Part shown: in pieces, positions 18,093-28,206 of the stretch
How the letters are laid out: each line of letters opens with the position of its first letter
Numbering within the stretch: position 1 is the stretch's first letter
Assembly (NCBI GenBank): GCA_049322915.1
Contig: JBMOPW010000026.1
Span: 160,001 to 224,000, forward strand
From: Candidatus Zhuqueibacterota bacterium
GTDB taxonomy: Bacteria > Zhuqueibacterota > Zhuqueibacteria > Thermofontimicrobiales > Thermofontimicrobiaceae
DNA length: 64,000 bases
Direction: 5' to 3'
The notes under the pieces: generated by a model
What the model was told of the DNA's origin: nothing
Databases searched by the model: none
What the model saw: the letters and a program-made list of their open reading frames with translations, nothing else
Translations under genes and position numbers: made by a program

Positions 18093-21083
18093 GTGAAAAA
18101 TTTATTTCAACAAACAACTCCCCTCCTTATTTTGAGTGCCACACTCAGCTTTCTTCTTTCTGCGCAAGACGTATATTCATCAGATAATAAAAAACCGAGC
18201 CAACAGCAAACCCTCATCGGCGGCGTCATCGATGTTTCTGACTTGAAGATTGGATTTGTGAATAATGGTCGCTTTTGTGCGCCGAGGAATTATTTACCTG
18301 ATTTACCGAGTGCTCTCTATGACAGTTTAGGTTATTTAGCAAAATTGGATTTATGGGTGGGTGTTCCAAATGGTCCCTGGGCTCCGAAAATTTGGAATGC
18401 CGATTCACAGAAATATGTTTCTTTGGGACCAACTGTATCCGGAACTGTTTTCGATCCGCGTAATCAATATGTAACAGATTGGTCCAGTATTGAAGGCACA
18501 GAAGATATTATTTACACCAAAGACATTTTGTTTAGTGAACTATACGGCCCATCTGAACTCTTTGACTTTTTTATCGCTCCAACAAGTAACATTGAAAAAA
18601 CCTGGCCTATAAATTCGTATACAGGATTAAGAGAATGGCCAGGTCGCTGGAGAAAAAATCCTGTTACTGGCAAATTAGTAGAAGAAGTATTTTTAGGTGA
18701 TCAGGACGTGTACATCTCTTATGATGATAAACGTAATTTTGACGCAAGTAAAAACTATCCAATTGGCGCAGAGGTAATAGCGCAGGTTGTTGGTTTTAAG
18801 GAATCCTATATTTCAAACATGGTGATTTATGATTTACAAATTGTCAACACAAGTGAATGGAATTATCATGATGTTTATCTGGGAATTTACTCTGAGGCAG
18901 ACAATCCATTATACTGGTTGAATGCCAATCTGGCGAACTACAGGCGGTTGAAAACTGGCTATTTCAAGAATGAATATGATGTAAGTTCAGGATCCATTTT
19001 TCCCTATAATCTGAGCTATAGCCAAAATGATAGTCCAGGAATAATGCTGCTTGGAATTCAATTTTTAAAAACACCTTTGGCCGAAAACGACAACCTTGAC
19101 AATGATGAGGATGGAACAATCGATGAAGCAAATGAAGAACTGGGTCTAACAGGTTGGCATTATTTGCATCCCACTTCAGTGCTCTGGTCTCCACAAGCAA
19201 TTCAAGAACGAGCACAGTATCAAATTTTGGCTGGTGATACTACAGGCCTGGCATGGATGATTGATTCGACCTGTTTTTATCCAAATCAGAATGGTGTTCT
19301 CAATCCTGATTTCGATTCCCCTGAACAGATTGAACAACCTGATGATATGAGAAATATTCGAGGAACAGTTCAGGTGGCTTACAATCTTATGAGCTGCGGC
19401 CCAATCAATTGGCAGCGTGGCGACACACTCAATTTTGTCTTTGCTGTATTAGTCGCTGAAAATATAGAAAAATTAAAGGCAAGCGCCCGCATGGCTCATA
19501 AACTTGTCCACAATGACTATTACTATCCCAAAGGTCCACCTCCTCCAAAACTCAATGCTGTACCAAAAGATTCAAAGGTCACTTTATATTGGGATCGGTC
19601 CGCCGAAACCGCAAAAGATATGCTTACTGGTTATCAGAGTTTTGAAGGCTATAAAATCTATCGCACTACAACCGATCCGAGTAACAATGAGTGGGGTACA
19701 AAAAATTTAGATGATCTGGGGAATTTCATCAATTTTATTCCAATTGCCCGTTGTGATCTAACAAATGGAGTTAAGGGATATGAAACTGTATATCCGTATC
19801 AGTATTTAGGCGATGATTCTGGACTATTTCATTCCTGGACTGATACAAGCGTAACAAACGGCGTCACATACTGGTATAGTGTTTGCTCTTACGATAGAGG
19901 CATCTTGGAAAATGATGAGATAAATATTTACAATTTTCGGGCCTCCCCCATGCAGGAATGTCCCAGAGGAACCGATCCTGATTCCGATGCCAATTTAGTT
20001 AAAGTTGTACCTGGAATGCCATCGACAAATCACTGCGATCCGACCGTGCAAATTGAGCGACTTCCAGGAACATCAGGGACAGGATCAGTTGAAGCAATTT
20101 CTATCGATCCTTTTTCAATTACGGGGCATGATTATAATCTTGTATTTGACGACACAACTTACAGATTTGCAGTTTATAATCTTTATAATGAAACTGATAA
20201 TCGGTTGATATTTGAAAATGTAATTCAAACGAATGGAGAAGAAGGTATAACTTTTGATGGATTGCTTTTAACGGTCAAACGCTTTGATGAAATGCACGTC
20301 AGAAATGATGAAACATATTGGTATAAATTCGAAACTGGAGAACTCTCAGATTGTACATGGTTAATTTACGGGGAAGCGATATTAACCTATCCCTTTCCGT
20401 ATGAGTACGAAATAAGATTCAAAAATGTTTATGAAACAGGCGTAATAACCGGTAAAACAGGACCGTTTGAAATATGGAATACTCTATTAAATCGAAAATG
20501 TACATGGGATATTTTTTATGACTCGGAGACCGACTCCACTGAAAAATTGAAAAATCGGTGGTCAAGTGGTGATATGATTTATATCAGGGATGAACACGAA
20601 AATAAGTTTGTTTACACGGTACGTGTTTCAATAACCGAGTATACATTTGTGACAAATGAAGGAAATCGTAATACACCGCCTCATTCAGGAGATGTCGCTA
20701 AAATCCCAATGGACAGACCTTTTTTAAGCGGTGATCAATTCCGCATAAAAACAAATCCCTTACAAACAAGAGCAGCTTTCAAAAACGAGTTGGATCGAAT
20801 AAAGGTCGTTCCAAATCCCTACAATTTTCATGCAGAATGGGAGCTTGACCGAAACGACTCCCGTATCCAGTTCATCCATTTGCCTTCGGAATGCTCGATT
20901 CACATTTACACCCTGGCCGGCGACAAAGTGCGAACCCTGCATCACACCAATCCCAACACCGATTACGAATTCTGGGATTTGCTCAATTTCAGCAATTTGA
21001 AAGCGAGTTACGGGTTGTACGTGTATGTGGTGGATACGCCTGATGGCAAGGCAACGACCGGGAAGTTTGTGATTTTGAGGTGA
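18093..21083 (+). CDS. Large secreted protein, paralog 3 of 4
   Basis: Colinear paralog. AT-rich until ~20837, then near-identical to the other 3' ends. GTG 18093 chosen (ORF track start 18081). Confidence 0.85.
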   Translation: MKNLFQQTTPLLILSATLSFLLSAQDVYSSDNKKPSQQQTLIGGVIDVSDLKIGFVNNGRFCAPRNYLPDLPSALYDSLGYLAKLDLWVGVPNGPWAPKIWNADSQKYVSLGPTVSGTVFDPRNQYVTDWSSIEGTEDIIYTKDILFSELYGPSELFDFFIAPTSNIEKTWPINSYTGLREWPGRWRKNPVTGKLVEEVFLGDQDVYISYDDKRNFDASKNYPIGAEVIAQVVGFKESYISNMVIYDLQIVNTSEWNYHDVYLGIYSEADNPLYWLNANLANYRRLKTGYFKNEYDVSSGSIFPYNLSYSQNDSPGIMLLGIQFLKTPLAENDNLDNDEDGTIDEANEELGLTGWHYLHPTSVLWSPQAIQERAQYQILAGDTTGLAWMIDSTCFYPNQNGVLNPDFDSPEQIEQPDDMRNIRGTVQVAYNLMSCGPINWQRGDTLNFVFAVLVAENIEKLKASARMAHKLVHNDYYYPKGPPPPKLNAVPKDSKVTLYWDRSAETAKDMLTGYQSFEGYKIYRTTTDPSNNEWGTKNLDDLGNFINFIPIARCDLTNGVKGYETVYPYQYLGDDSGLFHSWTDTSVTNGVTYWYSVCSYDRGILENDEINIYNFRASPMQECPRGTDPDSDANLVKVVPGMPSTNHCDPTVQIERLPGTSGTGSVEAISIDPFSITGHDYNLVFDDTTYRFAVYNLYNETDNRLIFENVIQTNGEEGITFDGLLLTVKRFDEMHVRNDETYWYKFETGELSDCTWLIYGEAILTYPFPYEYEIRFKNVYETGVITGKTGPFEIWNTLLNRKCTWDIFYDSETDSTEKLKNRWSSGDMIYIRDEHENKFVYTVRVSITEYTFVTNEGNRNTPPHSGDVAKIPMDRPFLSGDQFRIKTNPLQTRAAFKNELDRIKVVPNPYNFHAEWELDRNDSRIQFIHLPSECSIHIYTLAGDKVRTLHHTNPNTDYEFWDLLNFSNLKASYGLYVYVVDTPDGKATTGKFVILR

Positions 21084-21124
21084 GTTCATCGACGCGAGAA
21101 CAATTTACGAGTGGATTTTTTAAC

Positions 21125-21153
21125 TTGACAGTTTAACTAAAATATGTTAAATT
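21125..21153 (+). promoter_or_regulatory. sigma70-type promoter of paralog 4
   Basis: TTGACA-17 nt-TAAATT with an extended -10 TG. Implies the true start is ATG 21182. Confidence 0.6.
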
Positions 21154-21181
21154 GAAATATCCAACTATTTCTGGTGATGAA

Positions 21182-24100
21182 ATGAACCACCTCAGAATTA
21201 TAAAATCTTGCGTGGCCTTTCCTGTCATTTGCCTCTTATTCTTCTGCTTTAAAACAAGCAACCTGCATTCTCAAAGTCTCTCGAAGGAAAAAATAAAATC
21301 GCCAATGTTAAAAAAAGAAAGAACCAGGGAACTGCTCATCGGCGGAGTCATTAACAAATCGAATTTAAAAATCGGCTTTTTAAACAATGGCAGGTTTTGC
21401 GCTCCGGAAGAATTTTTACCTGATTTGCCAGGCGCGTTATTTGGCGACTATGGTTATTTAGGCAGACTCGATTTATGGATAGGTGTTCCGGATGGCCCAT
21501 GGGCGTCCGAAGTCTGGGATCCTCAATCTCAGACGTATATAACGATGGGACCGTCAGTGTCAGGTACTATCTATGAGCCATTGCCCACCGATACGGACTG
21601 GTCCACAATCAATGCCACAAGTGGAGCGCTCTATACCCCGGATGTGCTTTACAGTGATATTTATAAGCCTTCAGAATTATTTGATTTTATTCTTGCTCCT
21701 GCAAATGAATTGAAACAGACCTGGCCAAGAAACACACTGACAGGATTGAGAGAGTGGCCCGGCAAATGGAAAAAGGATCCTTTGACTGGAAAACCAATGG
21801 AGGGAGAATTTTTAGGAGATCAACAGATATTTTTATCCTTTGATGATAAAACTTATGCAGATCAACTTGTTCCGGAAGAAGTAGCTTACGGCGGGTTTCC
21901 ACCACAAAGGGGATATTCAATTGGCGCAGAAGTGCTGGCGAATGTGATTGGTTTTCAGGAAGCCTATATTTCGAAGATGGCGATTTTTGATTTGCAAATT
22001 ATCAATACCAGCCAGTGGGATTATCACGACGTTTATCTCGGAATTTACTACGAATCTGACAATCCCTGGTATTGGCTGCGTGAAGGACGGCCCCGCTATT
22101 ACGGTCTGAAAACCGGATATATAAAGAACGAATACAATCCAAAAACAGATGAAGTTATCCTGTATAATTTAAGCTACAATTATAATGTTGAAGGGTATGC
22201 TGACGATGATCCGAATTGTTTCGGTGTGCAACTTTTAAAAACGCCAGCAGCAATGAATGATCAATTCGACAATGATGGCGATGGAATTATCGATGAGCCG
22301 GATGGGGAAGAATTGGGACTCACTGGGTGGCATTTTTTCCCGTTTTATGGAATTTATGATTACGGGAACAGAGAGAAATTGCAATATCAAATATTAAAGG
22401 GTGACACAACCGGGTTATCACGGTTCAATTTAATCGATAACAATTGTTTTTATAAAGATGCAGATGGAAATCTCGATCCCAATTTTGATTCTCCTGATGG
22501 AATAAAATACTGGCGGTTCGGTGAGATTTGGTTGATTTATAATGTGCTGTCCTGTGGCCCTCTCACGTGGCACAGCAGCGATACTCTTAATTTTGTCTTT
22601 GGAATCTTATTAGCCGATGATTTTGAAAAGTTAAAGGGAAGCGCCCAGATAGCGAGGAAAATAGTTCAAAGCGACTATCGTCGTTCAGAAGGGCCATCAC
22701 CGCCAAATGTTACGGCAGTTCCTCAAAATGGGAAAGTGACATTATACTGGGATCGCTCTGCTGAAACATCCGAAGATTTTATTACCGGTTATCAGGACTT
22801 TGAAGGATATAAAATTTACCGTACAACTTCAGATCCGATAAATAATGAATGGGGGGAACGAATAATAGACCACCAGGGCAAGCAGATAAATTTTATGCCT
22901 GTTGCAAGTTGTGATCTTGACAATAAAATTTCAGGATATGAACCAGTTTATCCATTTCAATATCTTGGCGATGATACCGGGCTTTTTCACACATGGACTG
23001 ATTCGAGTGTCACCAATGGAGTGACTTACTGGTATAGCGTCTGTTCTTACGATCATGGCATAGTTGATGATGAGAATTTAAATCCATCTCATTTTCCGCC
23101 ATCCCCGCTAAAAGAATGCCCTAAAGGAACTGATCCTGATAACTCACAAAATTTAGTGAAAGTTATTCCCGGTGTCCAGGCGTACGATCATGAGGTTGCT
23201 CACGCGGAATTAGAAACGTTGTCTGATGTTTCGGGTAACGGGCCAATTACTCCTTACATCATCGATCCCTATCAGGTCACAGGCCACGATTATCTCATCA
23301 TGTTCGAAGACACCACGTTCGGTTACGCGGTCTACAATCTCTACGATGAAACCGATGGAACCATGCTGTTCGAAAAAGTGGCCAGCACGAATGGCGAGGA
23401 AGGGCTGATCTTCGACGGCATTCAACTCTCCATTCAGCGCTATGATGATATGGATGTTTTGAACGAGAAAACATTTTGGTTCAAATATGAAACCGGCGAA
23501 TTATCGAACTGTACCTGGACGATTCTAGGCGGCAAATTAACATGGGATCCCTATCCCTACGAATACGATATTCGATTCACCGATAAAATGGACACCAGTA
23601 TTTTTCTCAAGAAGACCGCGCCGTTCGAAATCTGGAACACTATTTTGAATCAAAAAGCGCTGTGGGATATTTATTTTAATTACGCCGGCACCGACACCAC
23701 AGATTCGCTGAAGAACACCTGGTCCAGCGGGGACATGATTTACATCTGGGACGAATTCAACGAGGAGAATAAATTCACGCTGCGGATCACCATCACCGAG
23801 CGGTCGATTTATACATACCAGGGCCTGGTGAACAATCCACCCCAACCAGGCGACGCCGCGCACATCGCGCTGAAGCGGCCGTTTATTACAGGCGATCAGT
23901 TTCGCATCCGAACCAGCGCCTTGAAGAAAAAACAGATCGGGCAGGCTGACTTGAGCGACATCAAAGTCGTGCCCAACCCCTACGTGGTGGGCGCCGACTG
24001 GGAGCTTGGTAAGGACGACTCCCGCATCCAGTTCATCCATTTGCCGTCGGAATGCTCGATTCACATTTACACCCTGGCCGGCGACAAAGTGCGAACCCTG

Positions 24101-24244
24101 CATCACACCAATCCCAATACGGATTACGAATTCTGGGACTTGCTCAATTTCAGCAATTTGAAGGCGAGTTATGGTTTGTATGTCTATGTGGTGGAGACGC
24201 CGGATGGCAAGGCGATGACCGGCAAGTTTGTGATTTTGAGATGA
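21182..24244 (+). CDS. Large secreted protein, paralog 4 of 4
   Basis: Colinear paralog with signal peptide and the same GKFVILR terminus. Confidence 0.85.
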   Translation: MNHLRIIKSCVAFPVICLLFFCFKTSNLHSQSLSKEKIKSPMLKKERTRELLIGGVINKSNLKIGFLNNGRFCAPEEFLPDLPGALFGDYGYLGRLDLWIGVPDGPWASEVWDPQSQTYITMGPSVSGTIYEPLPTDTDWSTINATSGALYTPDVLYSDIYKPSELFDFILAPANELKQTWPRNTLTGLREWPGKWKKDPLTGKPMEGEFLGDQQIFLSFDDKTYADQLVPEEVAYGGFPPQRGYSIGAEVLANVIGFQEAYISKMAIFDLQIINTSQWDYHDVYLGIYYESDNPWYWLREGRPRYYGLKTGYIKNEYNPKTDEVILYNLSYNYNVEGYADDDPNCFGVQLLKTPAAMNDQFDNDGDGIIDEPDGEELGLTGWHFFPFYGIYDYGNREKLQYQILKGDTTGLSRFNLIDNNCFYKDADGNLDPNFDSPDGIKYWRFGEIWLIYNVLSCGPLTWHSSDTLNFVFGILLADDFEKLKGSAQIARKIVQSDYRRSEGPSPPNVTAVPQNGKVTLYWDRSAETSEDFITGYQDFEGYKIYRTTSDPINNEWGERIIDHQGKQINFMPVASCDLDNKISGYEPVYPFQYLGDDTGLFHTWTDSSVTNGVTYWYSVCSYDHGIVDDENLNPSHFPPSPLKECPKGTDPDNSQNLVKVIPGVQAYDHEVAHAELETLSDVSGNGPITPYIIDPYQVTGHDYLIMFEDTTFGYAVYNLYDETDGTMLFEKVASTNGEEGLIFDGIQLSIQRYDDMDVLNEKTFWFKYETGELSNCTWTILGGKLTWDPYPYEYDIRFTDKMDTSIFLKKTAPFEIWNTILNQKALWDIYFNYAGTDTTDSLKNTWSSGDMIYIWDEFNEENKFTLRITITERSIYTYQGLVNNPPQPGDAAHIALKRPFITGDQFRIRTSALKKKQIGQADLSDIKVVPNPYVVGADWELGKDDSRIQFIHLPSECSIHIYTLAGDKVRTLHHTNPNTDYEFWDLLNFSNLKASYGLYVYVVETPDGKAMTGKFVILR

Positions 24245-24249
24245 ACGAG

Positions 24250-24291
24250 TCAGATGGCGGATGCCAGATGGCAGATTACGGATACAAGATA
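24250..24291 (+). repeat. 7-nt tandem array (CCAGATG-like x6), left arm of the four-helix-bundle cassette
   Basis: tcagatg gcggatg ccagatg gcagatt acggata caagata. Confidence 0.7.
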
Positions 24292-24359
24292 AAAAATTTA
24301 TTAGCAAAAATTGTGTTGCTATTTAGCTGATTTTTTTTAAATTTTGAAATGGGGAAAAC

Positions 24360-24740
24360 GTGAATAAAAATGTTGGTTTCAAAGATTTGGAAGTTTATAA
24401 ATTAGCAAAGCAACTGGCAGTTGAAATTCATAAAATGACACTTTCGCTGCCGAAGTTCGAACTATTTGAAGAAGGAAGTCAAGTCAGGCGTTCATCGAAA
24501 TCTGTTGTAGCAAACATTGTTGAGGGATTCGGGAGAAGGCGTTATAAAAATGAATTTCTAAAACACATTACAATCGCCCTTTCAGAATGCGATGAAACCC
24601 AGGTTCACCTGGAACTTTTATATGAGACTGGTTCTTTAAAAGATGAAGAGATGTATCAGAAATTAAAGGAAGAAACAAATAAATTAGCCCGAATGTTAAA
24701 CACTTTTTTCCATTCAATCTTAAAACAACACATCAGCTAA
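24360..24740 (+). CDS. Four-helix-bundle protein (23S rRNA IVS protein / TIGR02436-like)
   Basis: FKDLEVYKLA...LPKFELFEEGSQVRRSSKSVVANIVEGFGRR. Confidence 0.92.
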   Translation: MNKNVGFKDLEVYKLAKQLAVEIHKMTLSLPKFELFEEGSQVRRSSKSVVANIVEGFGRRRYKNEFLKHITIALSECDETQVHLELLYETGSLKDEEMYQKLKEETNKLARMLNTFFHSILKQHIS

Positions 24741-24754
24741 AAATAATAAATACT

Positions 24755-24810
24755 TATCTGGCATCTGTTGTCAGAAATCCGGAATCTGACATCCGGCATC
24801 TGGCATCAAG
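24755..24810 (-). repeat. 7-nt tandem array (CATCTGG-like x8), right arm, inverted relative to 24250-24291
   Basis: tatctgg catctgt tgtcaga aatccgg aatctga catccgg catctgg catcaag. Confidence 0.7.
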
Positions 24811-24826
24811 ATTTAGGAGAAAATTG

Positions 24827-25615
24827 ATGAAGCTTCATCAACAAATCTTTACTTTATTATTTTTAATTGTCGCCATGTTATTCTGTACAGAGAAAATACC
24901 GGAAGGGCCGGAGCGGACGGAGATTCTCGATGTGAGATTATTCCTTGAAGATGGCAGGGCCGAATTTGCCCAGGAGAATAACTGGGAGAACCGTTTCAAG
25001 CTCCCGCCGCAAAAGATGACGCAGGATCAATATGAAGCGCTGGCGCAATGGCAGGTCCCGTTCGGCTTGTGGGTACACAATGATTTTGATGAAGCCATCG
25101 ACGGAAAAAAATGGATCAAGATCGCGGTGAATTTGTGGTCAGCGGATGAATCGGATAACTGGACGGCGCGCCTTGTATATGCGGACACGACGTCCACGCG
25201 GAATATGACCATCCCCCCGGGGGATTCCATCACGATTTACACCGGGGATAAACTGGCCTGGAATCAACGCAACGATGCGGGTAAAAGCATACACATGACT
25301 GATACGTATACACCCATCTGGGTGGAATGCACGATTTTTGATTCATTGTTCAAATCCCCTGACACCACAATTTTCTGGCGCCATTGCGACACAACCATGC
25401 TGGCGCCGGTGGATACTGTCGTCGCGTTCGATGCCCCGAAAATTGTGAAAGCGCAGGCTGAGGTGCAGCTATTCCAAAATTACCACATCGTTCAATCCAA
25501 TATTGTTGAATTCACTATCAACTACTATTTTCCTTCGGAAGGATTTAATAAGAAATTCTGGTGCCGCGAGGGGGCGGTGCTGAACGGCGACCCGTCCTGT
25601 CCGTTTGGGAAATAG
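24827..25615 (+). CDS. Putative lipoprotein, hypothetical
   Basis: Hydrophobic leader ending AMLF-C, AGGAG ribosome-binding site, and four further Cys in the C-terminal half. Confidence 0.7.
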   Translation: MKLHQQIFTLLFLIVAMLFCTEKIPEGPERTEILDVRLFLEDGRAEFAQENNWENRFKLPPQKMTQDQYEALAQWQVPFGLWVHNDFDEAIDGKKWIKIAVNLWSADESDNWTARLVYADTTSTRNMTIPPGDSITIYTGDKLAWNQRNDAGKSIHMTDTYTPIWVECTIFDSLFKSPDTTIFWRHCDTTMLAPVDTVVAFDAPKIVKAQAEVQLFQNYHIVQSNIVEFTINYYFPSEGFNKKFWCREGAVLNGDPSCPFGK

Positions 25616-25683
25616 GTCACTATCGATGTGAAAATGAGATGATGGATTCCTGAAACAGATGACTTACCAACCGAAGAAAGAAC

Positions 25684-28206
25684 ATGATCAAGAAAATATT
25701 ATTTTTAATTTTTGCGCTGTCCATTATGGTTCAATCCATTAGTTACGCCGGGACAACTGGCTTGTTAAAAGGCAAGGTAGTCGATAAAAAAACTGGGCAG
25801 CCGCTCATCAGTGTGAATGTCATTTTAACCGGCACCAGGTACGGCGCTGCTACCGACGCCGATGGTAAATTTGTGGTTTACAACATTCCCGCTGGCGTGT
25901 ACCAGGTGAAAGCCACCATGATAGGCTACCTGCCCTACATCATCGAAAATGTCCGCATTATCATGGATTTGAAAACAGAGGTCGACATTGAATTGACTGA
26001 AGTCGCACTTGATTGGGGAAGTGAAGTGGTGGTCACTGCGGAGAGGCCGTTGATTCAGAAAGATATCACCGGTTCCACTCATTCCGTTGGATCGCGAAAA
26101 ATAGACGAGTTGCCGGTTGATTCCTACAAAGAGGTCGTGGCGTTGCAGCCGGGCGTCACCTCGGATTTGCACATTCGCGGTGGCCGAACCACGGAAGTGC
26201 TTTATCTCGTTGATGGACTCCCCATTCAGGAGAGCATGGAAGGGGGGGCCGGCTCGGAAATCCCACAGGCGTCGGTGTCGGAAATGACCATCCAGACCGG
26301 CGGATTCAACGCAGAATACGGGAATGCCATGTCCGGCATCATTAATATTGTGACCAAGTCCGGCGGATCGTCCCACGAATTCTGGACGCGAATTGTGGAT
26401 GACCATATCGGCATCGAAAAGAGCAACAAGCGCAGCGAATGGGAATTGCTCATGTCCGGGCCGGTGTATCGCGATAAAATCGGCTATTTTCTATCGTCAA
26501 ATATTATCGTTTCGGATACGCGCTGGTGGCAGGATCTGCAGAAATACTACGATTCGCCGATGGAAAAAAATATCAACTTCATGGGCAAACTGGATTTCGA
26601 CGTGACAGACAATATCAAGCTGGTCACCCAGGCCATTTATTCGGATTGGGACATTAAAGATTATGAGTATCGCTGGCGTTACAATCTGGATGGACTTCCG
26701 CCAAAGTCCAAGCAGTCGCTGCGGTTGAGCGCGACATTCACGCACACGCTTTCACCGCGCGTATTTTACACGCTGAATTTCAGTCGTTACCAGGTGCATC
26801 ACACGCTGCAAATGGGGAGCAAGAATGCGGTGGAATCCCTGGCGCCGTTTCAGTACGAGTTACCCTGGTTTTATTTTGTCTTTTCCGGCAATCGGCTGTG
26901 GTGGCAGGACGCCACAGAAATCAGTTATCTTGCCAAAGGCAGTTTTATCGCGCAATATCATCCCATCTCTCAACTGAAAGCCGGGTTTGAATTTCAATAC
27001 TATGATCTGGAAAACGATCTCGTCAAATACGAACCGCAGAAATCGTTCTGGGGCAAGCCGCTGCTGGATGCGGATTTGCTGAACTTCAGCAGCTACTACC
27101 ATTATCGGCCCTACCAGGGCGCATTTTATATTCAAAATAAAGTGGACAACGACATCGTGGTGATGAACCTGGGCGTGCGCTACGAGTTTCTCGATCCGCG
27201 CGCGCAACGCCCTGTGGTGGAATGGATTCCGGTTTCCAACGAGGATTACGAGCAGGAGATACAATCCTGGGCTCCGGCGACGATCAAGTCGCAATGGAGC
27301 CCCCGCATTGGTTTCTCTTTTCCAGTGACGGAGAACGATCATTTTTTCATCAACTACGGCTTCTTCTTTCAGATTCCCATGTTCGACTACATGTTCACCG
27401 GTCTCAACTTCGATTTGAAAAAAGGCATCAAGGCGCTGTATGGCAATCCGGATCTGAAGCCGGAACGCACCCGCGCCATCGAGCTGAGCTACAAACGGAC
27501 ATTCTGGGATAGCTGGCTTCTCTCGTTCACCTATTTCGACAAAGATATTGCCGGGCTGGTGGACACCAAGACATTTCTGGCGTCCGACAGCAAGGCCGAG
27601 GACGATGGTTTCTCTCAGTTCATCAATCTCGCCGGTGGACGGTCAAGCGGATTTGAGCTGATGGTCGAGAAGAAGTATGGCAATTATTTTTCCGGCAAAC
27701 TCAGCTATACCCACATGAACGCCAAAGGATTGAGCGGCAGCATCGACCAGGGGCTGAATTATTTTGTCTGGGGATTTGCTGTTCCCAATGAGGAATTTTA
27801 TTTGAGCTGGGATCAGCGTCAGACATTTGTCAGCGAGATATTTGCCGGCGTGCCGAACAAGATGGGGATCAATGTGCTGTGGCGATTTAACTCGCCGCGG
27901 CCGTACACCTATTATCCCTCGCGCAGCGGCTACGTGGCCGACGAATCCATTGAAATGAAGCCGAACAACGCCCGCATGAAGAACATGTCGTACGTCGATA
28001 TTAAAATTTTTAAAACATGGCAACTCACTCAGAAACTTTCGACCATGCTGTACCTGGACGTGCGGAACCTGATGGATACCTACAATGTGCTATGGATTGC
28101 ATCGGACGGACGAATCGGCGGTGAGCTGAGCGATCCCAGCGCCTGGGATATTGGCCGACGCGTGAACCTGGGATTGAAAATATCCTTCGAAGCTGGCCGC
28201 TATTGA
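25684..28206 (+). CDS. TonB-dependent receptor with N-terminal carboxypeptidase-regulatory-like domain
   Basis: GTTG..KGKV; plug LQPGV..HIRGGR..TGGFNAEYGNAMSGIINIVTK; SPRIGFSFP; GNPDLKPERT. Confidence 0.93.
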   Translation: MIKKILFLIFALSIMVQSISYAGTTGLLKGKVVDKKTGQPLISVNVILTGTRYGAATDADGKFVVYNIPAGVYQVKATMIGYLPYIIENVRIIMDLKTEVDIELTEVALDWGSEVVVTAERPLIQKDITGSTHSVGSRKIDELPVDSYKEVVALQPGVTSDLHIRGGRTTEVLYLVDGLPIQESMEGGAGSEIPQASVSEMTIQTGGFNAEYGNAMSGIINIVTKSGGSSHEFWTRIVDDHIGIEKSNKRSEWELLMSGPVYRDKIGYFLSSNIIVSDTRWWQDLQKYYDSPMEKNINFMGKLDFDVTDNIKLVTQAIYSDWDIKDYEYRWRYNLDGLPPKSKQSLRLSATFTHTLSPRVFYTLNFSRYQVHHTLQMGSKNAVESLAPFQYELPWFYFVFSGNRLWWQDATEISYLAKGSFIAQYHPISQLKAGFEFQYYDLENDLVKYEPQKSFWGKPLLDADLLNFSSYYHYRPYQGAFYIQNKVDNDIVVMNLGVRYEFLDPRAQRPVVEWIPVSNEDYEQEIQSWAPATIKSQWSPRIGFSFPVTENDHFFINYGFFFQIPMFDYMFTGLNFDLKKGIKALYGNPDLKPERTRAIELSYKRTFWDSWLLSFTYFDKDIAGLVDTKTFLASDSKAEDDGFSQFINLAGGRSSGFELMVEKKYGNYFSGKLSYTHMNAKGLSGSIDQGLNYFVWGFAVPNEEFYLSWDQRQTFVSEIFAGVPNKMGINVLWRFNSPRPYTYYPSRSGYVADESIEMKPNNARMKNMSYVDIKIFKTWQLTQKLSTMLYLDVRNLMDTYNVLWIASDGRIGGELSDPSAWDIGRRVNLGLKISFEAGRY

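Noticed and set aside
10124..24740. Diversity-generating retroelement (repeated 3' ends plus an Avd-related four-helix-bundle gene)
   Set aside because: No reverse transcriptase in the window, differences between repeats are not adenine-specific, all repeats are within coding genes, and the 3' ends are the conserved rather than the variable part.
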